A program made the position numbers and the translations under genes. A stretch of 64,000 bases of DNA. Origin: Neocallimastix sp. 'constans'. Taxonomy: Eukaryota. The stretch lies in the NCBI GenBank assembly GCA_050613775.1, contig JBODTK010000137.1:124001-188000 (forward strand), written 5' to 3'. Below the pieces are notes generated by a model. It saw only the letters and a program-made list of their open reading frames with translations, searched no databases and was not told where the DNA came from. Below, in pieces: positions 28,633-41,126 of the stretch (its first letter is position 1; every line of letters begins with the position of its first letter).

Positions 28633-30690
28633 TTATTCTGTCCATATACAAATTTTAGAGTCTTCACCACCAGTAATAATAAAATTATGCTATAAAATTA
28701 AATAACAATAATAATTATTAGATTGAATTATATACAATATTGATATAAAATAATTTAAATATTATTTAATTACTTCATGATTCCAAGTACATGCTCTAAC
28801 AATATCAGAATGACCACCTTTCATTAAACCACACAATTGAATTGTAGTAGCACCAACATGGAATACACCAATATCACCACTTTTTTTATAGTAAATAAAT
28901 TCAATTATATACATATATATAAATTATTATATATTATTATAAAATATTTTACGATATGATAATTCTAAGATATTACTATAGATTTATTATTTACTTTTCA
29001 ACACCAGCAATTAAATACAAACGTTGATTAATATTATCATAATGGCAATCAATAATGTATTGAATTGGAAGCTCTGGATGAGCTAATAATTGCCTAATAT
29101 CACCGAACTCATTAACTACATCACCCTTTATTAATTATAATATTATTTATATAAAAAGATAAAAAAAAATAAATAAAATAATAATAATAATTATAAAATT
29201 TTAATATTAATTTCATTATTTAAATTCCTTTTAAACATAAACACTTACTTCATCAGAAGTATACATAGAAAATGTTTCAACATGAGTTAAAGAGTATAAA
29301 TATTCATACTCTGGGCCGAAATAACCCAATGTATTAATAGAATCAGCTGTAATAACAAATTGTAATGAATCATCTTCATTCAAAGAAGTAATATCAAATA
29401 ATGAAATTAAACCATCAGTTGAACCTTTTTATTAATAATAATTACATTAAAATTATTAATAATTTTTATGTTTTTTTTTGGGGGGGTTTTTGTTTTAATA
29501 AAATATATAGATAAATAATTCAATAATATGAAATATAGTAATTTTTAATGTTCAATTAATATACAATACCTGTAACCATTTTACAATCTGTATTTGGTTG
29601 AAAACTAATATAATATTTATTTAATAATATAATATAAAAATAAAGAAATTATAAAGTAAATTAAAAATATATTTTTAAATATATATATATTTTTAAATAT
29701 TTTATAAGAATAAAAAGAAAAGATATTATTTTTATTTAGTTTTTTGTTTCCTTTTTATTTTATTATTCGTTTATTTATATTTTTTTATTTCTTTTTATCT
29801 TTATACTTTGATAATATTTTTTTTTTATTATAATTATTTTAGCAATATTTACCGAACCTATATTATTTAATATAAATTAAAATTTAGAATTTGAATTTAT
29901 ATTCAAATAATTTTAATAATTTAATATCAAAAGCATATAATATATATTATTTTTTTACTTGTGTAATATCATCGGAATGTGAATCAGGAAATTGGGCACA
30001 GAGTTTATCACCGTTAACATCCCTTTTAAAAAATAATAAATAAAATTATATTTTTAATAAAAAAAAAAGCATATATATAATACATGACATTATTAACTTT
30101 AGTATTTATCTTATAATTTTAAATTTAAATTTACCATAAATAAATAATTGCATCTTCACCAATTAGTTCAGTTCCCTTTTTTATTAATTAAAAAAATAAA
30201 ATGTAATAATATAAATTGGTATTATTTCAAAATTATCAGTAATAAATTTAAATTATTAATATTTAATTATCGTCAGTAATAAATTTAAATTAATAATATT
30301 TAATTATCGTCAATTTACTGCTGCTAAAACAGTTTGAGTTGAATTAACATCAAAAGAAAGAACTGCTGAAGGTAAATTAATACTTTTAGCAGGTTGTTGA
30401 CTTGCACGAACATCCCAAATATTTATTGTCTTATCTTTAGATGAAGTTAATAATGTATTTTGATTAATATATTTAGCTTCCGTAATTGTATCTCTATGTC
30501 CAATTAATTCTTGTAAAGGTTGTAATGTATTGGTATCATAAATATATATATTTTTATGTGTATTAACAGTAAAGGTAGTATAATCAATTGTGGGTGCAAT
30601 ACCAATAACATATTGACCATTCTGTGGTAATGAAATGGTATTTCTCATAAAAAGTTTTGGGCATGAAGCAATAGATACAGCATCAGTCAT
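28633..30690 (-). CDS. WDR89: WD40-repeat protein, WDR89-like (multi-exon, includes a 5-nt microexon)
   Basis: GHRDTIT..., TSSKDKTINIWDVR, AAGTELIGEDAIIYLWD, SHSDDITQVRFQP, TGSTDGLISLFD, SLTHVETF, GGHSDIVR and TGGEDSKICIW were reconstructed across GT-AG introns. Confidence 0.85.
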
Positions 30691-31057
30691 TTTTAATTTA
30701 TATTTATTCTATTCCATTAATTTACATATATATCATAAATAGCATTATAATTATAAGGAAATATTTTATAAATAATTAAAAATAGTTAATTCAAAATTTA
30801 AAATTTAATTCAATATATTTTTTACAATAAATTTAAATCAACAGTAATATTTGTTGAATCTATGTTAAATAATTAATATTTTATAATTAATAATTATATT
30901 TTTCAAATTATTTTAATAAATTACCTTCTTAAAAATACTATTAAGTAAAATTAATTAAATTTACTATTTTATTATTATAAATTCTCTATTAAAACCTCTA
31001 ATAAAGATTAGTATTTTTTATACTTCAAATACTGAAATTCAAAAAAAAATAAAAAAA

Positions 31058-31091
<34 letters not shown>

Positions 31092-31379
31092 TATATTTAA
31101 TATATATTTAATATATTATGATTAATCTGATTTAAATAATAATATTAATTATTAATATATATATATTTTTTATATATATTATCATTGTGTAACGAGATAT
31201 AAAATAAATATTTATATATTTTTTTTTTTAAATCTTAAAATAAGAATATATGGTATATTAATTACATATTTAGTACGTATAATCTATTAGAAGAAAAATA
31301 AATAATATAATTTCCAATAAAAAAAAAAGGTATGTTTTAATAAAATAAATAATTTCATATCATCCCAATATAATTTAAA

Positions 31380-31880
31380 CTTCTGGATTTTCCCTTATGA
31401 GTTTTACAGAAAGTTTAGGGTCACGACATTTAATAAATAATATTAGATTGAGGTGTAGATGGATATTTCTAGCTGCCTGAATTAGGTCAAAGTAAGACCG
31501 TTGGATTTTATTCCTTTATGGTTTTCCTCATATTAAGGATTCTGAGTTTAGGCTAGGAAGGGGTATTTATACAAGTTAAGTACAGTTAACAATCTAATTC
31601 AATGTTATTCTTGATAGATTGTAGAGTTGCCTTTTCACCAGGATGATTCAAGGAGATCACTGGCAAGATGTCTTAATGTTTCCTTATGACAAAAAACTTG
31701 TTGTATTCTTGAATAAGTTCCGGTGGACGCCGAAACAGTAAGTCAATTAAAGTGATAACTTACTGTTCCACATAAATAGGAAGAGTTTAGAGGTTCTATA
31801 GTGGAGTAAGTGTCGCAGCTGTCGATGACGTTTAGACATAATGACTGATCATAAGCAAAATGTGTATATCAAAATTAGAC
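31380..31880 (-). mobile_element. GC-elevated non-coding block, possibly an LTR or solo-LTR relic
   Basis: Non-coding and markedly richer in GC than its flanks. It contains TATAAATACCCC on the minus strand and lies next to a gag-like relic. No second copy or clear TG..CA ends were found. Confidence 0.3.
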
Positions 31881-32129
31881 ATAGCTAATTTTGATATAAA
31901 GATTTAAAATTTTTATTTTTCTAACTATTTATTTAATTTTCAATTATTAAAAATTTTTATTTAATAATTTATATTTCAAATAGTCTTGTACCAAAAATGT
32001 TACGGTCCATAACAATTATTATTTTTGGAATATAACATTAATTAAGCATTCAAAATTAAAATATAATAATTAATATTAGTGTAGAGTTAAAATAAATATA
32101 TTAAAATCTTTTTAATAATAAATATTAGA

Positions 32130-32760
32130 TTTTCAGGTAGAGCTCTATTTAAAATTCCAGTTTTTATTGAGTCCGCCATGTCTACTTCTAGATTTTCTTG
32201 TTAATTAAAAGTATTTTGGAGCATGGCTAGGAAAGTGTTAATGTCGTCATTAATTGAAAATATCATATTTTCAATTTCTTCTTTTAAGTCGATTTTATGT
32301 TCTTCGTGATTTGTAAAAGATTTTTGAAGAATATTCCATATTTGAAAGGAGGTATTGTTATGACTTTGAATTATACTTTTAGTGTTATTTCTAAGGCTTT
32401 AGTTATAATTCATTTTACGAAGATATCAAAAATGATATCTTGGTTTGAAGTATTTTTATCGTATACTAAAGAAACAACGAATTTATCAGGGATATATTTG
32501 TCTATATTATCCTTGACATCACGTTTTCTTAATCTTTCGATTTTTTCTTTGCTTACATATAAGGTTATTTATTCATAGTAGATAAAAAATATCTGTTCTA
32601 CACTCCAGATAATTTCAGGAGATAATTCAATTAATCTGTTAAAATTTTCAGAGTAATTGAATGTAATTCCTTTGGGCATTTAAGAATTGATGTCATTAAT
32701 GGAGATGGCTTGGTTTTCAGTTTGGTTCTGTTGTTAAATATTATTTCTTCTTATACTCAT
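32130..32760 (-). pseudogene. Degenerate Ty1/Copia gag-like fragment
   Basis: Stop- and frameshift-ridden translation includes KIDLKEEIENMIFSINDDINTFLAMLQNTFN*QENLEVDMADSIKTGILNRALPENL. This resembles the Copia gag (UBN2/Retrotran_gag_2) helical pattern ending 'ILNxLP'. Confidence 0.45.
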
Positions 32761-33779
32761 AGTAAAGTTATATATGTATATTTTGTATGATTAAGGATTA
32801 AAGTATTTATTATTTAGATTATTTATATTAAATTAATAAAAATAATGTATTTTGTGATTATGTATTTACTTATTTTTAATTACTCTTAATTTATGTTTTA
32901 ATCACATTTGTAAATTTATAAATAGTCATATAATTTATTTTGAATATATAAATTGTGATTTGATAATTTCTAGATCTATTGTTTTTGATATATGTAAGTT
33001 TTATTTTGGTTAATGAAAATTTTAAAATTTATTGCTGACTAATTTCAGTTGATTTTAAATTTAATATGTATAACTGACTATTTTTAGCTCATATTAAATT
33101 AAAAATATTTTATATTATTTATTTATGAAGGTAATTTGATTAAAATATTATATATAAGTATATAGTCTAATAGTATATATAAATGGAAGTATTTAATAAT
33201 ATTTGATTAAAATAAAATAAATTAGTATTATGTATGTATGAATTTATAATTTTAATTTAGATTCAAAAATACTTAGCTTAATTTTTATAAGATTATGGGA
33301 CAAGAGTCAATTGAGACTCTTAATCTTTCAATAATATAAAGTTAAAATATATAATTTATTTATTTCTAATGATGGTTAAGAAATTATTCTAATTCAAATA
33401 ATTTCTTTTTATACATTTTCTTCATTTCATATTAAAATATAAATATATAATATTTATCATTAATATAATTTATTTACATTAAATATTCCTTATAATAATA
33501 CATAATATTAATTATTAAATGTGATATTTTTATATAATGATATATTTGATATATTCTTGATTATTCTTTTGATTAATTTTTAGGGTTAACTTTATAAGTG
33601 CAATTACTTGTTGAACTTAAAGAAAATTATAGTTTAAAATATTGACTTTTATAATAAGGAAGTTTTGGATATTAATAATAAATTATTTATATTAATAATT
33701 TTTTTAGAAATATAATATAATAATTTTTTCAAATATAGAATATAAAATATATGAAGCAAATTCATTACAATCTCTTTAA

Positions 33780-35950
33780 TCATTTTTAGTGTCTTTTTAT
33801 TTGAACATCTCATTTTCCGTTACAATAAAAGTACCCAATGAAAAAATCACCAAAAACTAATTCTTCCACTATTATTGGAATCTGTTATAATCTTTTGGAA
33901 CTCTTGAACTCTTGGCTACCACAAATATCTCATGGATACTACCATATTTTGGAGTTTATAACCATTAAAACTAGTGAAATTGCCAACTCTAATAAACTAA
34001 TGTTCCATAGAATTATTCTCTCAATATTATTATAATACTCAGTACTTTGGAGTAAGCTCTCTCATAGTTTTACTGTTTTATCTTAGTTTTTTCTTATATT
34101 ATCTTACCGTTCTTGATTACTTTGTTTATCTACTACTTTTAGTAATAAATACCATTTCAAAATTTATAATAAATAAACCACCCATATTCTAATTAAAAAT
34201 ATTACTCTCTGTGACTACTCTCTTTGACTACTCTCTTTGATTATTCTCTTGGATTATTCTCTTTGAATACTCTCTTGGATTATTCTCTTGGATTATTCTC
34301 TTTGAATACTCTCTTGGATTATTCTCTTGGATTATTTTCTTTGAATACTCTCTTGGATTATTCTCTTGGATTATTCTCTTTGAATACTCTCTTGGATTAT
34401 TCTCTTGGATTATTCTCTTTGAATACTCTCTTGGATTATTCTCTTGGATTATTCTCTTTGAATACTCTCTTGGATTATTCTCTTGGATTATTCTCTTGGA
34501 TTATTCTCTTAAATTATTTTTGGATCAATTTTTCAGAAACATTTCGTCAAATTATTTTTTTATTATTCACCCCATTAAAATATTTTAATCTAATTTCTTA
34601 TTATAACAAATAATGAAAAAACAGACTAACATTTGTGACACTTTAAAACGATCATCTTTAAAACGATAACGAACATCTTTAAACGATAACTTCTCTGGGA
34701 ATTGAAAGTACTTAAAAGAATTCTTGAAAAACGGTGCTTATGTTTTATTTACACACTGAACTCTTTCAACATGATGAAGATAAGATAAAATTCTCTATAT
34801 AATAATAAGATTATACAATAATGCTATGAATTTAGCTGCTTCGCTCATTGAAAACAGTGAGCTTTGTCTTAGAAACTATTAATTCTTCATTAGTAAAATT
34901 AGCGTTTTCTATTAAAACAAAGATACTACCTTTAAAGTCAATCAGAAACTTGGAATCCATAAGCAAATGTGATTTGGTGAAATTAACAATTATTTAATGG
35001 AATTCAATAAATATACAAAACCTGCAAAAATGGGTTCTTTCTTGGCCATGCACCATAATTTAATTACTCCTAAGACCCCAATCTCTTTATTCTTCTAACT
35101 ATAGCCTCTCATATTGACTCTAGGTTCTCTACACAGTAAAAATTTTTAGAATTAATGATAAATATTATCAAAAAAATTTATTATTCTATAATAAACCAGA
35201 TTCAACCGATTAATTCATTCCATATTCTAAAAGAATTCATGAATCCTTGTCACCGAAAGAAAAAGAAAGAAGAAAATAGAAAACTTTTGTTTATACTGTG
35301 GCTTCTTAGAGCATCAATTTTTATAATGACTAATAATGTAAATAGTCAATTTTAAGAAACTCATAATCATCTTAGTTTGAATATTAATAAATCAGAATTT
35401 CATTCAAGCAATAAGTCTTCTTACAATATTTCTCTTAATTTCTTAAATAATAAAAAATCTTGTTGTAATCAACCTCCTATTTCCAAATTTCCAAAATCCA
35501 ATAAATCTTTTATTAAACTTGTTAAAATCTCAAAATCCGACTCCCTTGGTAACAATACTAGTAAAACTATTATAATTAACAGTTTCACTTCAAACAAACT
35601 TTTTCTTTTTCAAAATTCTGAACCCTTAAATAAAAATTTATTCAAATTTGTGAAGGGGAGGGTGAACTCCCTTTACTCCGTTATTAATTCGAACTTAAAA
35701 TTTTATGAAAACCCTATTTATATCAATCAAAAATTTTCTTTAACTATTCCAAGTAATCAAATAATCAATATTAATCATTTATTTAAAATTAAAACGAATA
35801 ATATAAATCATTTATTATACTTTATAATCCAAAATATCAATATTTAAAACTTTAAGTGAAAAATATTATTACTTGAAGCCTTTATTTTTGACTCTTTTCT
35901 ACCTTATGAAGATAAACCTCTTGAAAACCTCAATTCATTACTTTATATTT
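33780..35950 (+). mobile_element. Degenerate Ty3/Gypsy LTR-retrotransposon relic (leader with tandem repeat plus gag)
   Basis: Gag-like remnants FSGE..., ELFQHDEDKIKF and INNYLMEFNKY. Zinc knuckle C-L-Y-C-G-F-L-E-H-Q-F-L-*-* at 35288-35329, where the final Cys codon now reads TGA. Boundaries are approximate. Confidence 0.65.
34215..34510. repeat. 39-bp minisatellite built from three ~13-bp subunits (GGATTATTCTCTT)
   Basis: About 6-7 copies of GAATACTCTCTTGGATTATTCTCTTGGATTATTCTCTTT; translates as SLNTLLDYSLGLF repeats. Confidence 0.95.
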
Positions 35951-36089
35951 TTTTTCTCAAATAATCAATATTTTCAATATTAATACATATTATTTTAATT
36001 TTTATTATGATTCTAATATTATTATAGTTTAGTTTTAGTTATAGTATATATTAGTTAAATTTTATAATTATAATTATTTTTTCAATAAT

Positions 36090-36540
36090 TTTCATGTATC
36101 TCATTGAACTGTATTTTTTAATTCTTAAATTTTAAATCAAATAATTCATGTTGTTTATTTATATTTCTTGATATTTGGGATTTAATTGTATTATATTCAA
36201 GACATATAAAACCCATTTCTTAAGAAATTTTATTAAATGTACGTTTTTGTTTTATATCCTAAAAGAGCTGAACTTTTTCTAATTTCTTCTTTAAATTTAT
36301 GTTTCACCATTGATATAGATACATCAACTTCTTTTTCGAGATGATTACGTTAACTTTCATATTTTAGGATCTCCTTTTTATCGTTTAAAATAATAAAAGA
36401 TTTACATTTATATTATGTTTTATATTCAGTACATCTTTTTTGAATTATTCTTCTTTATTTTTGAAAAATTATATTTATATTTTTTATTTCCAATAATCTG
36501 TTCTTTTCCTCGATTTGTTTCTTTTTTTTTTTATTTTTGG
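36090..36540 (-). pseudogene. Degenerate MULE-type transposase N-terminal (FLYWCH/WRKY-like) fragment
   Basis: Translation ETNRGKEQIIGNKKYKYNFSK.../RCTEYKT*YKCKSFIILNDKKEILKYES*RNHLEKE shows the 'RC...C...HNH' zinc-finger spacing with stops and a frameshift. Confidence 0.6.
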
Positions 36541-37859
36541 CCTTTTTTTTTCATTTTTTAATAGTTGAAAATAAAATATATTTAATTTTTTATTATTATT
36601 TATTTATTTAGTTTAATTTTTTATAATTTATTATTTATTTATTTTATTTTATTATTATTAATTTTATTTATTTTATTCAATATTTTATTATTTATTTTAT
36701 TTATTTTATTCAAATTTTTTTTTTCAATTTCTATAAATAATGCGATAATGAGAAAATCTTTTTTGTTGTTAAAAAAAAATATAACCCTTTTATATTTATT
36801 TCTATTTTTATTTATTTATAATTATCTAAAAAATATATATATATATATATATAAATAAAAATGTGGTGCGTTAAATTACGAATTAAGTTTTAATTTACAA
36901 GTCATATTACGAAATGCACACACATTCATTAATTATATGATTATTTTTTTTATAATAAAAAAAATACTCAATCAGCGAAAAAATAAATATTATTTGGCTA
37001 ATTAGAACATAATAATATTTAAAGTAGTAATATGAAATAAAAGTAATATTCAAAATAAAATGTATAAATAAATTCAGAAAAAAGTTCATATGAAACGAAC
37101 CTCACCTCCAGAAAATAAGATTTCTGTTTAAAGGAAACTCTTATTCCAGATTAGGGTTTGAATTGACTATCTGAAAGAAAATTTGTGTTTATTAAATGTT
37201 AGTATCTGTTTAGGTGGTTTTTTTATTGGAACACTTAAAACTTTAATAATAAAATTATTAATTATTATAATACAAAAAAAATTTTTTTTGTATTACTTAA
37301 CAAATACAGAATATAGAATAAATTGTTATTAGATAAAGTTTATTCCTAGTCTACAAATAAAAAAAAAAAAATTCAAATATATTATATTACGTAAGTGTTC
37401 ATATCGCTGATATTATTAATAAAAATATATTTATACCCTAAAAGTTGATCAATAAATATATGAAAATCAAATTCTCCATTATAAAATAGTTTTTTTTTTT
37501 TTATTTTTTTGAAATATTTATATAAAACTCATATGAATTTATTAATATATTAAAATTATATAAAAATACATATATATTTATACACTCATTATTCAGAAAA
37601 TTATTAATATTAACACCAATTGTTCCATTCACTACATTATTAGTAACGATACTATTATTTTCACTATCTCTAATATTAATATTCTATTTTCACTATCACT
37701 ACTTCTATTATTAACAATATTATATCTATTGTATTTTATTATTATTATATTCTTCGTTACTACTATCAGAATCTGTACTCAATTCTATATTATTCGTATC
37801 TGTGACAACATTGTCTACATTACTACTTGATATTAGTCAAAATTTAGAAATTATAATAA

Positions 37860-38211
37860 AGAATTTCAATATCTTTAAAATATTTCATTCGAAATTCACG
37901 AAAAAAATAGCATTTAGAAAACTAATGTTCCAACTGAGGATTACTATTTTAAGAATTCCATTGGAATCCCATCAAGACAAGCTTTAAATTCAGAAGTAGA
38001 ATAGATCGGTTTCGAAAATTTCTTTATAGCTAATCTCTTGGTTAATTTCCCATTCTTGATGCCTTGGAGTTCCCAAATTCATAAGTGCATCAGAATCTTT
38101 CCAGAAATCTTTAGAAAGACTATGACCTGAAGAATCCAACCCAAGGAATTTATAATGAGAATTTAAAGCTTTTAATTTTTCATCGGTAGAAGATACCAAT
38201 TCATTATTCAT
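37860..38211 (-). mobile_element. Internal fragment of the LINE family (EN-RT linker)
   Basis: LVSSTDEKLKALNSHYKFLGLDSSGHSLSKDFW...EWEINQEIS then (frameshift) EFKACLDGIPMEFLK*. This matches LINE A/C segments YYKDLASDPSGHSLNRNFW and EWDINQDIS...FKASGPDGIPIEFYK. Confidence 0.85.
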
Positions 38212-38762
38212 AATATTAAAAAAAAAAAAAAAAAAAAAAAATTAAATATTAAAATATATAAAATATGAAGCAAAATTTCTCATTAATTATTATAATATTT
38301 TATTCTTCAAAATATTATACCATACATAAATATACAAAAACGAATTATTCCTAAATAATCTTATTCGCCAAAATAATATATTAATAATTTTTTTTAAGAT
38401 CTACTATATATTTCATAATTTTAAACATATTAATTTTAATTTATTATTTTATTATCTGATTTTAAATATATTATTTTACATTTTTTTATTTATAATACTT
38501 TTTATAAATTTTATTCTATTTTGAAATAAACATTTATATATATTTAATTTATTTATATATAATATATATAACTATTATTTCAACTACTACTTATTTTTTC
38601 TTATATTTTAATTTTTATTATTTAATTATTCTTTATATATTTAATTTTTTATTTTATTAAGCAAAGATATTGTATTTTTATCAACATTTTATAAATATTT
38701 TGCTATATATATTTATTATAACAAAATTCTATATTTAAATTTTTTATTAATTACTAATTTTT

Positions 38763-41126
38763 TTAGTAAAGCTTGTAAGCTCTCTTTCTAATAGCAGCTT
38801 CTTCAGCATTATCTTCATCAGCACTGTCTTCAGCTTCTTCAACTTCAGCGTCAACTTCTTGATTATCATCTTCAGCACTGTCTTCAGCGGTATCATTTTC
38901 AACATCTACTTCAACAGAAATTTGTTCTTCATCTTCATCACTTTCAACGTCATTAACTTCTTCAGCATTACCAGCGTTGGTACCATTAGCAGATACACTA
39001 ACCTTAAGTGGTAAATCTCTAGCATTAGAACCAGCTAAAACAGTGTATTCACCTTCAGCTGGTTTGACGAAATCAGCAGCATCAACATCATAGTAAGAAA
39101 GACCATGATTATCAACTAAAATATTAACTTCCTTACTTTCTCCAGCTTCTAATAAAACTTTATCGAATCCCTTGAATAAACGAGATGGATAATCTTTAAC
39201 AACATCTGGGAAGGAAAGGAAAATCATTGGAACAGCAGCACCAGCAACATCACCAGTGTTTGTAACAGTTAAAGTAACATGAAGACCATCTTCTTCCAAT
39301 TGAGCCTTTAAGTTTGAGTATTCAAAGGTAGTGTATGATAAACCATAACCAAAAGCGAAAGTTGGATCAATTCCTTGTTTATCGAACCAACGGTAACCAA
39401 CAAAGAGACCTTCATTATAGTCATATTGAGTTTTTTCTTCACCTCCACCTGGAAGAGATGGATCATAGTTAACATCAGCTGGGAAATCTTCACGTGGAGC
39501 CCAAGTATATGGTAAGTGACCAGATGGGTTAACATCACCGAATAAAACATCAGCAATAGCATTACCTGATTCTTGACCTGGCATACCAGCGAATACAATA
39601 CCCTTAACCTTATCTATGAATGGAACATTAACTGGACCAGGAGCATGAATAACAACAATAGTATTTTTATTAACTGAAGCAACGGCATCAACTAATTCAT
39701 TACCATTGTGCCATAAATCTAAATCAAGACGATCACCCTTGTTACCTTCAACAACAATGTATTCTTCACCGGAATCAGCTTGAACAAAAACAATAGCTAA
39801 ATCTGCATCTTTAGCAACCTCAGCACCAGCTTCAGCATCATCTTCACCAGAGCTAACAATTTCAATGTTATCCTTCTTAGCTCTTTCAGTAATAGAAGAA
39901 AGTGGATCTGCAACATACTTGAAGTCAGTTGTACCAGAACCCCAACCAAGAGCAAGAGTACCGTCTGCACACTTCATATCTTCACAGAAATTTGCTGGCA
40001 TAGCATCCTTACCAATAATAGCAATCTTCTTAACTCCCTTAATTGGAAGAACAGCATCATCGTTCTTTAATAAAACAGTACTGTCAGCAGCAACCTTTCT
40101 GTTAAGAGCAACGTTTTCTTCAGTATTAGTATCAACATATAAATTAACATCTGGATAATTTTCCATTTGACCAGCTTTATATAATGAACGAATAATACGT
40201 AAAGCAGCATCATCTAATCTTTCTTGTGGGAATACTCCATTATCAATGCATTCTTGAATATGTTCACCCCAGAAACTGTCACCAACATAATCTGGACCCC
40301 AGTATTTACCACCTGGCATATTCATATCCATGCCAGCTCCGAAACTCTTTTCAACATCATAAATTGACCACCAATCAGACATGACCATACCTTCAAATCC
40401 AAGCTTTCCCTTTAAAATATCAGTTAATAATCTCTTGTTTTGAACAGTATAAGTTCCATTAACAGCATTATAACTTGACATAATAGCATTAGTTTCAGCT
40501 TCCTTTACAACACGGTAGAATGGTTCAAGGTAGACTTCCCAAAGAGCTTGTTCTGGGATATTTGATGATGAAGCACCACGATTATTTTCTTGATCATTAC
40601 CAACAAAGTGCTTGGAAGTAGCAATAACCCCTTGAGATTGCATACCCTTTACAACTTCAATACCACATTGTCCAGCAAGGAATGGGTCTTCACCAAAACT
40701 TTCCCAGATTCTACCACTAGCTGGTGCACGTTGAATGTTCATAGCAGGACCAAGAGCAAAGTTAATACCTCTTTGGTAAAACTCATTACCTTGTGCTTCA
40801 CCTACCTTACGCATTAATTGTCTATCAAAAGTAGCAGCATTATTAATAGCAGCTTGCCAAGAGGTAGCTGTTCCCTTAGCAAATCTAACACCTGCTGGAC
40901 CATCTTGAAGACAAAGACCCTTGAATCCTTTTCTTTCTATTGGGTCAATAGAACCAACACAAACACCAGTCATGTTTTCTCTACCAGTAACAAGACTAAT
41001 CTTTTCTTCGTTGGTTAAATCAGCACACCATTCTCTAGCCTTGGCATCAGCTTCTTCCCAAGTCATAGCTAAAGAATTAGCAGCAAAAAGAACAGCAACA
41101 GTTGATAAAACACTAGCGAACTTCAT
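38763..41126 (-). CDS. Secreted GH3 beta-glucosidase (intronless) with Fn3-like domain and acidic C-terminal tail
   Basis: Signal peptide MKFASVLSTVAVLFAANSLA. Motifs LQDGPAGVR, GRIWESFGEDP, KHFVGNDQE, nucleophile MSDW, GWGSG, acid/base region SGEEY and YNEGLFVGYRWFD...FGYGLSYTTF. No dockerin is visible. Confidence 0.97.
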   Translation of the reverse strand: MKFASVLSTVAVLFAANSLAMTWEEADAKAREWCADLTNEEKISLVTGRENMTGVCVGSIDPIERKGFKGLCLQDGPAGVRFAKGTATSWQAAINNAATFDRQLMRKVGEAQGNEFYQRGINFALGPAMNIQRAPASGRIWESFGEDPFLAGQCGIEVVKGMQSQGVIATSKHFVGNDQENNRGASSSNIPEQALWEVYLEPFYRVVKEAETNAIMSSYNAVNGTYTVQNKRLLTDILKGKLGFEGMVMSDWWSIYDVEKSFGAGMDMNMPGGKYWGPDYVGDSFWGEHIQECIDNGVFPQERLDDAALRIIRSLYKAGQMENYPDVNLYVDTNTEENVALNRKVAADSTVLLKNDDAVLPIKGVKKIAIIGKDAMPANFCEDMKCADGTLALGWGSGTTDFKYVADPLSSITERAKKDNIEIVSSGEDDAEAGAEVAKDADLAIVFVQADSGEEYIVVEGNKGDRLDLDLWHNGNELVDAVASVNKNTIVVIHAPGPVNVPFIDKVKGIVFAGMPGQESGNAIADVLFGDVNPSGHLPYTWAPREDFPADVNYDPSLPGGGEEKTQYDYNEGLFVGYRWFDKQGIDPTFAFGYGLSYTTFEYSNLKAQLEEDGLHVTLTVTNTGDVAGAAVPMIFLSFPDVVKDYPSRLFKGFDKVLLEAGESKEVNILVDNHGLSYYDVDAADFVKPAEGEYTVLAGSNARDLPLKVSVSANGTNAGNAEEVNDVESDEDEEQISVEVDVENDTAEDSAEDDNQEVDAEVEEAEDSADEDNAEEAAIRKRAYKLY

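Noticed and set aside
29605..29612. Non-canonical GT-AT intron giving ITQ-ISFQP in WDR89
   Set aside because: A canonical solution through the 5-nt microexon fits the WD40 pattern better.
34215..34510. CRISPR-like array
   Set aside because: Contiguous tandem units with no unique spacers, no cas genes, eukaryotic context.
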